In this document: one piece after another, positions 21,987 to 33,700 of the stretch | Position numbering within the stretch: the stretch's first letter is position 1 | Layout of the letters: each line of letters opens with the position of its first letter | From: Klebsormidium nitens | Lineage: Eukaryota > Plantae > Klebsormidiophyceae | NCBI GenBank assembly: GCA_000708835.1 | Contig: DF237135.1 | Span: 62,001-126,000 of the forward strand | Direction: 5' to 3' | DNA: 64,000 bases | Position numbers and translations under genes: made by a program | The notes under the pieces: model-generated | What the model was told of the DNA's origin: nothing | The model's database searches: none | Seen by the model: the letters and a program-made list of their open reading frames with translations, nothing else

Positions 21987-24697
21987 AAGGTTCGCCGAAC
22001 CTCTGCAATCTCGGAAAATCTATGCTGGTGGATAACAAAACTCTACAGAGATCATACGAATTCTTACAAAAGTCGTTTTTCCCTTTATGATTGAGACCGC
22101 TGATAGTCCAAATGGTTGATACCAATTCTTAAGACAATACGGAGTCGGACATCGTGGGCAGGTCCCCAGTACTAAAGTCGGGGCCACGAGATCACCAGGC
22201 AGGTTTGAAGCTGAAGTACGAATGGCCCCCTGACGGACTACATTCTATGTCAGAACAACCTTTGTATTCACTGCCGCACGTTTGCGGAAGCTGTTGGTAA
22301 CTCACAACATTTGCTGGCACTTCAGCTTGGATCCCGGCCTGCAGGATCATTGATGCACCTGAAAATGGATGGTCGCTAGGCGGCCCTCCTTGCGTCCTTA
22401 CTGCAGTGATTTGGCGTCACGATCTGCCGCATACATGATCACTGCCTATACCGGAGCTTGAAGTGCAAAATTCAATTTGTCAGATTGTCATCAGGGGGTC
22501 CCGCCTGGATTTGCACATGAGATCCGCGTGTGTCTTAAACACGTCATGAATTTCGAGTGCATGATCCGATGTCGGAATGCCTAGCTTGTTGCCGCAAGGA
22601 TTCCATATTGAACTCAAGTGATGACTCGAATGGAATTGGTCTAGGCGTACGTTCTCGCGCGCGCAGCTTGCCTAATGTTTTCCATGGCGGCATGACTCAG
22701 CGTTCGGATCATTCTGTACGTCTTATGACTGATGAGGAATATTGCCTCCAGAAATGATGTACCTTGCAGTCCTATAATCTTTCTATACGGCCCGCGCTGG
22801 CTTGCTGGCCCGCCATGACGCTAGTCATGCATCTTCTGGCAGTGACAGCATGAATTTTGAAGCCCCTCCCTGATTCTGTTAAGATAAACTCATGCCAGGG
22901 GCGGCGGCTCTGACAGGATATAGCAAGAGTCAGCTCGGGCATATGTCACCATGCACATCACATTAGTGCGCCTGCATGCGACTGACGCGGACTTGCATGC
23001 ACAAAGACGACGATCGAGGTGCATGCAGAGTCGGGTTGGACTTCGACCTGCGGGCACCTGATCAAGCTGTACGGTATTGCACAGGCCTTGAGACGAACAC
23101 GGGGTACTCTGCGCGATCGCCTGGGGCCGTGCTCAGGCATGCAAACTGAGACGCGACGGTCCGTTCACGTCTAAGCTGTGCACCAGGTAGATCCAATCAT
23201 CATTATCTGACTTTCACGAGCACTTATGAAACTAGGGTAGCGAAAGCTACATGCGGGCGGAGCGGGGCTCCTTTAAGCTACAACAGTAGGGGCCGCCATC
23301 GGCTCCCCCGTATGATCATCAAAGGATACGGGCTAAGCCGTACTAGAACTGCTCCTTATTTGGGTGCAGTCATTCAGGACGCTGGTTCTGTTCACTGCAA
23401 ACTTTTACGTCCTTAGCCTTCTTGGAAAGAAGCAGGCCCCGTGCGGCTAGCTTGTTTTCTGACTCAGTCGCCAGTCGAGTGGCTATTGTAGTCGCGTCTC
23501 ATCGCGTGCAGCCCCGACGACGAATTTTGGGGCGCTGTCAGCCGCCAAGCAACCGTGCTCGAAGCTCAAACCAGCTTTTGTCTATTTTTTCGCTCTTTCA
23601 TGCACTTGTGTACGGGCCTTGCGTTGGTCCGGTCTTTTACGAGCAAAGTACCTTTAGCTCCAACACTGTCTGCGAGACCCAGATTTTGGCTGCCGGGCAG
23701 CTTTCTTGGAGTCGGAATTGGATGGATCGAAGCGCCGCATCCCACGTCATGATTTTGAACCTTCTGCCTCAGCCTCTTGGTATGCGGTATATTTCTGTGA
23801 CGAGCCCCTGCACAATAGTAACCTTCAATCAGCATCGAAATCTCTTTCAGCAGACTGGAATTATTTGCAGCCTTTTCCTTCCCGTCAATGACGAAAATAG
23901 AGATGTTTCGGCCTCTCAGCTATACTCAGTTTTCAAGCTGTGTTCATGGCTGTGTACGAAGAGCAAAGACTTTGTCAACTCGACGCCAGCGAACTCCAAA
24001 CCTGCAAAGAGGGTGGACAATTAGTAGAAGCGCCTGAAATCAGGCTTAGTGATTGTATACGAGCCGTGCCTCAAAAGCTCTGATTGAATCAGAGAGGGCT
24101 TCGAGATGCCATAAGAGTACCTGCGGAAAAAATGCACAGCCTTGAATGTCCCGGCAAACACTCAGGTTCACGCTGGCCCGGCGTCTTGCGGGCAACTGAA
24201 GGGACAATCGGACGAATGAGCGTACACAACGAAAGTGTCGGTCAAAACGTACGTCCTGTAAACGCCGAGTGCGCTGAATTCCCCAAGGTGGAGAGACCCA
24301 ACCCACAAGAATCATTTCTGAATTTTCACTCTCACTCTCGGAACGAAAGTCGCTAAACATCCAAAGGTCGACGACGTCAAAGCACACATCGAGGCCTCCT
24401 CATCAAAACATATTGAGAGGGCACATCTGTCATTAGAAGCCCGATCCGCTGGGCGGCAGAAGCACCTCGTCAGACAAAGCCGAAACCAAGGCGTTGTAAA
24501 AAGTATGCGGTTCTGCCGAATAAGGAGTTTAAGAATCGCACGAAGCACTTCGATCCTTTCACCTGCGGTTACGACACGATCCTGCAACGCTTGATTTCGA
24601 GCATGATTCTGCTCAACCCACATCCGGCCGCATCTCGCAAACGCATGTCCACACCCACCAACTCCTCAACGAAGACAAACACCATGCGCACACCCAC

Positions 24698-25939
24698 CTG
24701 CACGCATCCACGGGGTACTTTTGCGCGTTCTTCTCGAGCTTGCGCAGCGCAGCACGGCCGAGGTCGACCCCGCACACGTCAGCAAGGCGGACCAGATACA
24801 GCAGCACGTCCGCCAGCTCCTCCCCCAGGTGCTCGCGCTCGGGGGGGGTCCACCCGGGCAGGCCCCGGGGAACCTCGCCCCGCCACTGGAACAACTCCGA
24901 CAACTCGCCCACCTCGCCAACCTGAGGGGAGGAAGAATGCGTTATTTCTTACAGGGTTTAACCTGAAAGAAATGGACATATAGAGCGTCATAAACATCTT
25001 GCCCCGCCAAGATGATAGTGCTTTCGAGAAACCTCGGCCCGCATGGAACATATTCGATAACTTGCCCACTCGGGGGGAATGAATCCGTGTCCATATTCTG
25101 CTCGAAGATGACATTGCTTAAAAGAAAGCTAGCGAAAGTCCCCACGAACGGTCTGGAATTTCGTTTGGATTTGCAAAGTCAGATCGAAACCAGCGGCTGC
25201 AATGATAGAGCTGAGAGCACCAAAGAGGGCTCCCACGAATGGTCTGGAACTCTTTCTGTGTTGCGAAAGGCAGTCAGAAGAGGAGGGAACAAGCGCCTAG
25301 GAAGGAGAGGAATACTGTGGAAGTCCAAGCTAAGAAGTCGATGGTTGTGAGTTTCGAAGGTGGTCGAATACAAGCAAGCAATGAAGGCGTGAAGCCAGTG
25401 GCAGCACAGTCTCTGAGGGGCTTCGTGGTCGGGCTGCTTCACAAAATGGTCATACGAAAAGATGCTTGCCTCTTTGTCGAGGGTAAAACTGTTTAGGCAA
25501 CGAACCAGATCGTGCAACGCAAACGCAGAACGCGCAAAAAGATGACTCAGTAGAGGACACTAGCAAGAAGGTAAGGAGGGGCATCTGATGCAGGGGAATA
25601 CAACGGCTCAAGGCAGGCACCCGACGCCATGTACAAATTGGAAAAAAAAACCTCTGGATCTCAAACACCTCTTGTCGAAAGCCTTCCTAATTTGTTTTTC
25701 ATTCTGCCAGGGACCCAACAGATTAGACCAAAAAAGCGTCACAGACCAAGCAGGCTCAAAAAAATCGATTGAAATAGTCTCACCAATGCCAGCAGGAGAT
25801 TCCGTGGGCTATGGAACTGGTCCCAGTCGCGGTCTTTGGCGAAACTGGCCTGCAGCTCTTGTAACTCGCCGAGAGTCACCGGCAGCAAAGGGTCTCCAGC
25901 TGGTGGGGCAGCCGTTTGCGGAGAAGTGGCCTCCTGCAT
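24698..25939 (-). CDS. DCTPP1: dCTP pyrophosphatase 1-like (MazG-like all-alpha NTP pyrophosphatase); terminal exon not located
   Basis: Exons 25939-25784 (LGELQELQASFAKDRDWDQFHSPRNLLLAL) and 24921-24698 (VGEVGELSELFQWRGEVPRGLPGW...EHLGEELADVLLYLVRLADVCGVDL..A..RKLEKNAQKYP). A phase-2 donor follows 24698, but the last exon could not be assigned. Confidence 0.9.
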
Positions 25940-27245
25940 GGTCGATGCAAATGAGCGGGGCAAGCAGACCTCTGGACCCAATCTGAACCTTCTTCAAGGC
26001 TCCTGAAGGGGGGTTTGCATGAAAAAGAAGCAAAGCACAGCTCGTTTTCCAGGGCGTCAAGTTTCATACTGTTCTTATGCGGCCTGACTCGTCTCACACC
26101 TGGATTCGCATGCCTGATTCCTTTCTCTTGGAAGGCCAAGTCGGTTTTTTGGATGTTGAAGTGCACACACACAACATTATGGATCATTCCCTCTGGTTGC
26201 AGAACTTCACCAGCATGGTCAAGCTTGTGATGTCTACCTGCCCAAAACGTAAGAGAAACTCTCCTCCCTGGACAATCACTGTTGGCAACTTCTAGGACTC
26301 AATTCCGTTAGGTCATTGACAAAGCCATCGTCTCTCAAAAGTTGTTTGGAGCAAAAATCCTAAGGAAGTACTTTTTTTGGAGAGGGGATGACACCTTCCC
26401 TGTGACTTGCAACCTTCTGCAGCTCATCTGGAGAAAAGCAGGCCAAGAGCTCTGGGCAGCACCAATGGAGATGAAATTGCAAATTCAATACATCAGACTC
26501 ATACATCACACCTTATTCTATAGCTGTACACAGGAGTTGCCACTAAGCAAAGAGTGCTCAGGCCCCGGATCAAGGTCATTTCACACCACTAAGAATAGCA
26601 TCAGAGCACGGACCGCTTCGTCCAACGGTGAGACTGGGCTGGCTGACCAATAGAAGTCTGCAAACCACTGGTTGAATTGGTTTGACTTGAGCCTCCCCTT
26701 TTGGAGCTAACCCCAGCCTCCGCAGGAACCGTCATCAGGTGCATTGCTTGCCGTGATTGGAAAATCCAGAAGAGCAGCACGTTGTAAACTCACTGGTAAA
26801 ATCTCTCGCGCTGCGGCGCCTTGATCCATCTGTACAGCTGTCACCAGCTTCACATCAGCACCGAGCTAGCTGGCAAGATGTCATCTACGAGCAATTCGGT
26901 GCATGGCAGCATTCATAAAACACTCTCCATGTTTCTGCTTGAAGCCAATAAGGGTGTTGCAGCTTGTTACAGATTCAAACGTCCAACGCTGCAGTTGCGC
27001 TCATTGAGATGGCCTGGCTGAATCTTCAAGTTCAAGTTCCAGCACAATGCTGTAGCCATTCTGAGTTTTCCGCAGATGCATTGCAGGTGTCATGACTCAT
27101 GCAGTAGTGCCGCCATAGAATCTATTGGCACACGTGCTTTTGAATTCCAACTTTGAAATGTTCAAACTTCAGACACCGTCACACCAGAGCATGACGGATC
27201 GACTGATCGGCAATTGCGACGTGACCGTCCTTGTGACCGTCACCA

Positions 27246-27413
27246 TGAGTCATGACCCGCCTGCATCCAGCACGCAGTGCTGGACACACTACCGGCTTGA
27301 ATTTGACTGTTATCGCGGTAATGGATAGGTAACTGACGTCACACAATCTACCAATGCTTGCCCGATTGGCTTACCCCAGTGACCACGTGGTAAAGCTGAC
27401 GTTCCAGTATTGG
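27246..27413. promoter_or_regulatory. Cis-element cluster upstream of GLU1
   Basis: TGAGTCA 27246-27252, GGTAAC-TGACGTCA 27328-27341, CCAAT 27351-27355, ATTGG 27365-27369 and 27409-27413, CACGTG 27384-27389. The cluster is about 370-540 bp before the GLU1 ATG. Confidence 0.4.
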
Positions 27414-27782
27414 CGACGCGAGGCTTTCCAGCCACAGAAGCTGCATCTCAGGATTTCGTGATTCTGGGGGTCCAGCTTGGCAGCCCGTCTGGCTGGCTCT
27501 CACCCCCCTTGAAAGGCAAAGCTTCGCTTAGACATACGTAAACGGCACAGGAAGGAGACGTAACCCGCAAGAAGAAGGCGTGCATTGCTTGCTGTTTGCT
27601 GCAGATTGCCAGGCTGTTGTTCCTCGGTCTAGAAGGTTACCGGGCGGGCCCCTTTTTGCACATAGGAAATCTTTTGCGTGCAAGAAGGCGCTTTTGATAA
27701 AGGAGGCGGCCAAAAGCTGCGAGGAAGAGTGGAGGCTGGGGACGAGGGGAGCAACGGCTTCTGAGTTGATTCTGTAGAAGAT

Positions 27783-30700
27783 ATGGCTGCAACCCTGACC
27801 CGAGGCGCTACTCTTTCGATCTCCCACCTTTCTTTCAGCTCACAGATTCAGTGCAGGCAACAGGAGTCGGAGTGTCTGTCGACAGTATTCCGCAAGAAGC
27901 ACGTGTCCTCTCTGGGAAGCCTTCAGGCCATTGCAAAGAGGGCTGCTCTTCCAAGGTACCAAGGGCTAAGGACCGCTACACTCCTTACCAGATCAAAGTG
28001 CCCCAGTCAGGTCTCTTCTTCAGGATTGGAGAAAACGAGGTATGGCAGCAAAGAAGTCAGAGCAGCCGCTGTCTCAGCGGCAAGGCCAGACACAGTGGAG
28101 CCCATCCAGGTAAGGCGCAGTTGCATCTTTCAAGCCTGGTTGCCACTGGCGTATGCAGGGCTGCAGGAACCAATTGTTGCTGTTTAGTGGAAGCTGTTAC
28201 CAAAGAGATGTCTGTTCGACGGAAAGCCGTATTTTTGACGAAGAGGGATTAGGGGTCTAGGAAAATGCCTATGAGCAGGATTCCTCTTTGCAGCCATTCA
28301 CGCGCAAGTCCATCTCTGTCGCTTGTACCATTTCCAAATCGTCTATCGGTTGGCAAAATCGTCTATCGGTTGGCAGAAGATTATTGTTGCAATCGAGATT
28401 GTCCAATAGGAGGTCCTCCTCAGCATGTGCACAAATGCGATTTAGGGTGCACTCAGGCTGGGCCCTGGGGGAACTGGGTATCGTCTGGGCATTCGATGCT
28501 GCTAATCTGTCATGAAGGTCTTGCTTGGAGCACTTGATGGACGATCCATCAATATCTGCATATCTTCATGTCCGTACTGCGAAATCACAGGTTTCTGTTT
28601 ACGCCTGAGCTGAAGTGCTTGGAAGCCGTGCACTTTCATCTTTGCAATGCTGGCTTTGAGTGTTCGTTACTTTCTAAGGAGGAGGTGTGATTGGTTTATG
28701 ATCCCTGATGGTCGTGAGAAGGAACTACGTACGTTGCCTCAAGGTCCAGGCTTGTACCTGGGCTTGTTACTGATGGTTTGTGGTAATCTATAGATGTCCG
28801 TTGAAAAGGTCCACGGAGTTTACAAAGCCTAGTTAACTTTCTGGCTTCTGCAAGGATGATGGTTTGGAGAGGGTAAGCAGGCCTACAGGCAGAATGGTGG
28901 CACCTGTGGGGAATCCTTCGGCTCTTTTTAGTTTTCTCACAGGAGCCTCTTCTTGTGGTGATCTCTTGAAGTTCGTAAACCTATCCTGCTTAGCGCGAAA
29001 CACTTGGTTTTGAGAATACTCTCTTGAAAGTTCTGTGAGGTCTGTTTCTTCAGCTGTGTCTAGATTTGCAAGTTTTCTTCGGCAACTGAGTGTCTCAAAA
29101 TATGTGCACTGATCGGGATTGGTTGATACCGCCAGTAACGTCTGCAGGCTGCAAACAATTGGCTGCTCCTTTTTGCAGGTGGCTGATCTGGAGGATATCT
29201 TGAAGGAGAAGGGAGAATGTGGGGTTGGGTACATTGCCAACATCAAGAACAAGGCCAGCCACAAGATTGTGCAGCAGGCTTTGACTGCCCTTGGTTGTAT
29301 GGAGCATCGGGGGGGTTGCAGTGCAGACAATGATTCAGGGGATGGCGCGGGGATCATGACCAAGATTCCCTGGGCCCTGTTCCAGGAATACTTCAAGGAA
29401 AAGGGTCTGCCTCCTCTTGATGAGAAGCAGACCGGGGTTGGAATGCTGTTCCTTCCTAAGGATCCTGAGGACACAAAGGCGGCGAAAGCTTGTGAGTCAG
29501 TGGTCGATCGTGTTTGTATTTTTCGCCGGCCTTGTACGTGGGTATGCCGACTACGGAAGCAGCTCAGAGCAGTGTCATCAGTGGAGTTTCAGCACCTTGT
29601 CATCAGTGGAAGCAAGGTTTTGTTGCTTTGCGCCACAGCATTGTTCATGGTACTCCTGTCAAGCACTCAGTTTCTCAGCTAGGAAATCCTCTCAAAAGCT
29701 CCACTTTCTGCGGAAACTTGTGCAGCTAAACAACCTTAAGGGATCTCAATGTATCCGAGTGAAGGTTTTTTTCAAGAGTCCATGCCATGTTGTGATAAAT
29801 TGTGAGGATCTGGCCTGATGTGAGCATGTTATGTCATGGCGCAGTGATTGAGAAGGTGCTGTCAGAGGAGCATCTGGAGGTGTTGGGCTGGCGGGAGGTG
29901 CCGATTGATGAGTCCGTCGTGGGCCCGATTGCGCACAAGGAGATGCCGCACATCGAGCAGTTGTTTGTGAAGGTATCGCTCAAGGAGGGCGACACTCAGA
30001 AGGACGTGGACAGAGAGCTCTTTATCACGCACAAGCAGGTGAGCTTTGTGAATGTCGTGAATACAGCATCCGAAGGTCAATGAAGCCGGTATTTGCCAAG
30101 CCAGCTCTGCCGGGCTCGTTTGGGTCTCCGTGAAGATAGTGTCGATTGATGTTGCTTTTCAAGCTGGTCTTACTGTATTGAAAATGGTAACTTGAACTAG
30201 TTCAATATGTGATTTTGGGATCTGGTGCGAGGCAAGTAGAGGTTTAAGGTCTTAGTATAAGGCTGACGACTTTGTTGTTGCTTGCACACACACGCCCTTC
30301 TTTTGAGGTAACTCGTCCTTCTTTTATAGCTTAATAGCTTTCTCTTTTATGACATGATTCTTACCTCCCCTCTCCTGTTCTCCAGGTGGAGCGCCTGGCC
30401 GAAAAGGAAGCCTGGGGCGATGACCTGTACTTCTGCACGTTCAGCAATCAGGTGATTGTATACAAGGGCATGCTGCGCTCCGTGGTCCTGCGCAACTTCT
30501 ACCTGGACCTGCAGGACGAGCGCTATGCGAGCAGCTTTGCCATCTATCACCGCCGCTTCAGCACCAACACCACCCCCAAGTGGCCGCTCGCACAGCCCAT
30601 GCGCTTCCTGGGGCACAACGGCGAGATCAACACGCTGCAGGTGGGGGCGCCTCTAGGCAGGCATTCACACTTATCACGCCCCTTGTTGCTGAGCTGCAGT

Positions 30701-33700
30701 TTGCACAAGATCTTAAAAACCCTAAACACCAGAATCGCTGTGCCCGAGATGGCGCTGTAAGTGGGGTTGAAGGCGTAGAGCGTGACCACTTATTGTCGGA
30801 GCTTCCTTGTATGTGCTACATCAGCATTGCAGAAAGGGGTACCCTTTCTTCCTCCTTGCTTATCATCATCAGGTCTTTCTCCTCATGCCGCCTCGTGCGC
30901 CTACTTCTGCAGTTACCGAATGCACGCAAGTGACGCCAAATCGAACCTTCATCACGATACCTGTAATGCTTCATGCTTATCTTGCACCCATGGAGTTACT
31001 TGTTTGGGTGGGGATGTCTGCAGGGCAACTTGAACTGGATGAGGTCTCGGGAGGCGACGCTGAGCCACCCCATCTGGCGGGGGCGCGAGAAGGAATTTAA
31101 GCCGATTGGCAGCGGCAAGGCGAGTGACAGCGCCAACCTGGACATGGTGGCCGAGGTGCTGGTGCACAGCGGCAGGACCCCCGAGGAGACCATGATGATG
31201 CTCGTGCCTGAGGCGTACAAGAACCACCCTACGCTGCAGATCAAGTACCCAGAGGTAAGCATACGCGGAATAGATCTGGGGGAATAGATCATCTGGGGGG
31301 CTTCAGCCTGCTGGTGTTGCTGTAGAGGGTGTGGAGGTGCCGAAAGGAAAGGGTGTTGTGTGGCAGGGTCAGCTGTTCTCCACAGAAGAGTGTGGCAGAA
31401 ACAGACAAGGCATGGGGGTAAGGCAGAAGGAGTTGTTCTGCCTAGGGCTGTGCTCATGTAAAGGTTCCATCACTTGGCCTTCATCTTTGTTTCAGCTCCT
31501 CCCGCCTCCGTGTTGCCCAAGGGTTTGTCCTTTTCTGCACTTGATGCTGAAATGGATAGAACGGGAGACCGACATGGAAAGTTTTCTTGTGCAGATTGTT
31601 GACTTCTATGAGTACTACAAGGGCCAGATGGAGGCGTGGGACGGTCCTGCCCTGCTGGTGTTTAGCAATGGCAGCCAGGTTGGATGCTGCCTCGACCGCA
31701 ACGGCCTTAGGCCTGCACGGTACTGGAAGACCAACGATGACACGGTTTACGTGGCCAGTGAGGTGAGTGCCCCAGCCCCGCGTCTTGAATATTGGTCAGA
31801 AACTGAGGCTTACATTGCTGAGGACGAGGAAAAGTCGAGTTCGCCGATAAGAGGAACGTCTTCTTCTCTTTGGCAGTATCTTTGATTCTGAAGTTGGCAT
31901 ATTGGTCAAATGTCAGGGCACATGGCACACTGTCTTGCTTGCTGACATGTATTTCGTTTTTGTGCATCTCTCCAGGTCGGTGTGTTGGACATTGACCCTG
32001 CCAATGTGACGATGAAGGGGCGTTTGGGGCCTGGCATGATGATCCTGGCTGATCTGGAGACCGGAGAGGTATGCAAAGCCCCCTTTTCGCGGTTCGTGTT
32101 GATATATATTGCATCTCCTAACGGAGGAATGCTTACAAAGCAGGGTGATAAATAGATGAGTTCGAGAGGGCATGTTCCACACTCCAAAATAGATGGACTA
32201 TTCTAGAGCACCGGCAATCTTGCAACGGACTGTTAGCCTGTCCGTACTTTTTGTTTGTGTCTGTTGACGCGCGGGGCCATCCTGCTTGCCAGCTACTTCA
32301 CTCCTGTTCGTCTCACTTACCCTGGATGGCCTTCTCAGGTTCTGGAGAACACGGCTGTGAAGCGGCGCGTGGCCTCCAAGTACCCGTACCACGACTGGAT
32401 GGCTGCGGCCCGCTCCTTGAACGGGGGCGGCTTCCTGGGTGGCCCCACTAAGGACGCGGATGAGGTGCTGCGGATGCAGAACACGTTTGGGTACTCAGTG
32501 GAGGACACGCAGATGGTGATTGAGGCCATGGCCAGCCAGGGCAAGGAGCCCACGTTCTGCATGGGCGACGACATCCCGTTGGCGGTCCTCTCGGCCCGGC
32601 CGCACATGCTGTACGATTACTTCAAGCAGCGCTTTGCGCAGGTGAGCGCCGGCAGAGTTATAGGGCTAGAATGATGTATCAGGTGGACGCAGAGATGATA
32701 CCAAGCCAAATTGATTTATATTTCTGCTGAATAGGAGCTACAACAGTGTTTAAGACAAGGCTCCAAGGGTCCCATCTCTGCTTTTGATCATCAGCAACAC
32801 GGGGATGCAGTTTGGCAAAAGCTGCATCAAAACAGATCCCTTTGTGGCAGAATTGGCCGGAGCTTGTGCAAACCAGGAGTTCGTATTGCTCCCTGCTCAT
32901 ATGTGATTCTCCGTGATTGCAGGTGACCAACCCTGCTATCGACCCCCTCCGTGAGGGTCTCGTCATGGGCCTGGATGTAAACATTGGCAAGCGTGGCAAC
33001 CTGCTGGACGTAGGTCCTGACAACGTGGCCAGCCAGGTGAGGTTGCTTTCGAGCAAAGGATTTTCGGGCGTACACGTCTGTCTCCTCATGGACGAGCAAC
33101 GATTCGAGCTTACCTTTTTGACACTTCCTATCTCGAGACTCGACGTGGTGGTTCCCAGGATCGAAAGCAGTTCCCTTATCTCCCTGAACCTAAGTTTGCT
33201 CTTCTTTCCGGTTTAAAGCAGTGATTGTCGTTTGCTGCTTGTTCCACGCCGTGTGCCCAGTCGCTTGAATGAGCAGTCTGGGCCCCAGTGGGCGCTCTTT
33301 CAGACATCCATGTTGACATTCTCTCACTTCGGCTACATCTTGGTTCAGGTCCGTCTGTCCTCTCCCTTCCTGACCGAGACCGAGCTGGACGACCTGGCTG
33401 CGGACCCCGTTCTGAAGGGCGTTCGCTTGCCCGCCTTCTTCGACGCGTCCGGAGACGCCGCAGGCTCTCTGAAGAAGGGCCTTGACGCTCTCTGCGAGGC
33501 AGCGGACAAGGCAGTCAAGGATGGTGCAGAGCTGCTCATCCTTTCCGACAGGGACGACAACCTGGTGAGGAGCCCCTGCCGTTCCTATTACTTAGGACTT
33601 CTTTCACTCCTCGAGCATCCCTTATGCGCGCCTGGTTCTCTGCGATGTGTGCCTCTTGTATGAAGTGCATGAACCCGACGCTCGTCTGCCAGAACGCTTT

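Noticed and set aside
22619-22732. Possible box C/D snoRNA (GTGATGA ... CTGA)
   Set aside because: No terminal stem and no recognisable rRNA antisense element. The similar candidates at 185-253 and on the minus strand near 23130-23200 fail the same way.
23422-24024. 200-aa plus-strand ORF
   Set aside because: It begins at a non-ATG codon, its composition is unlike the GC-rich exons, and no motif or splice-supported neighbour was found.
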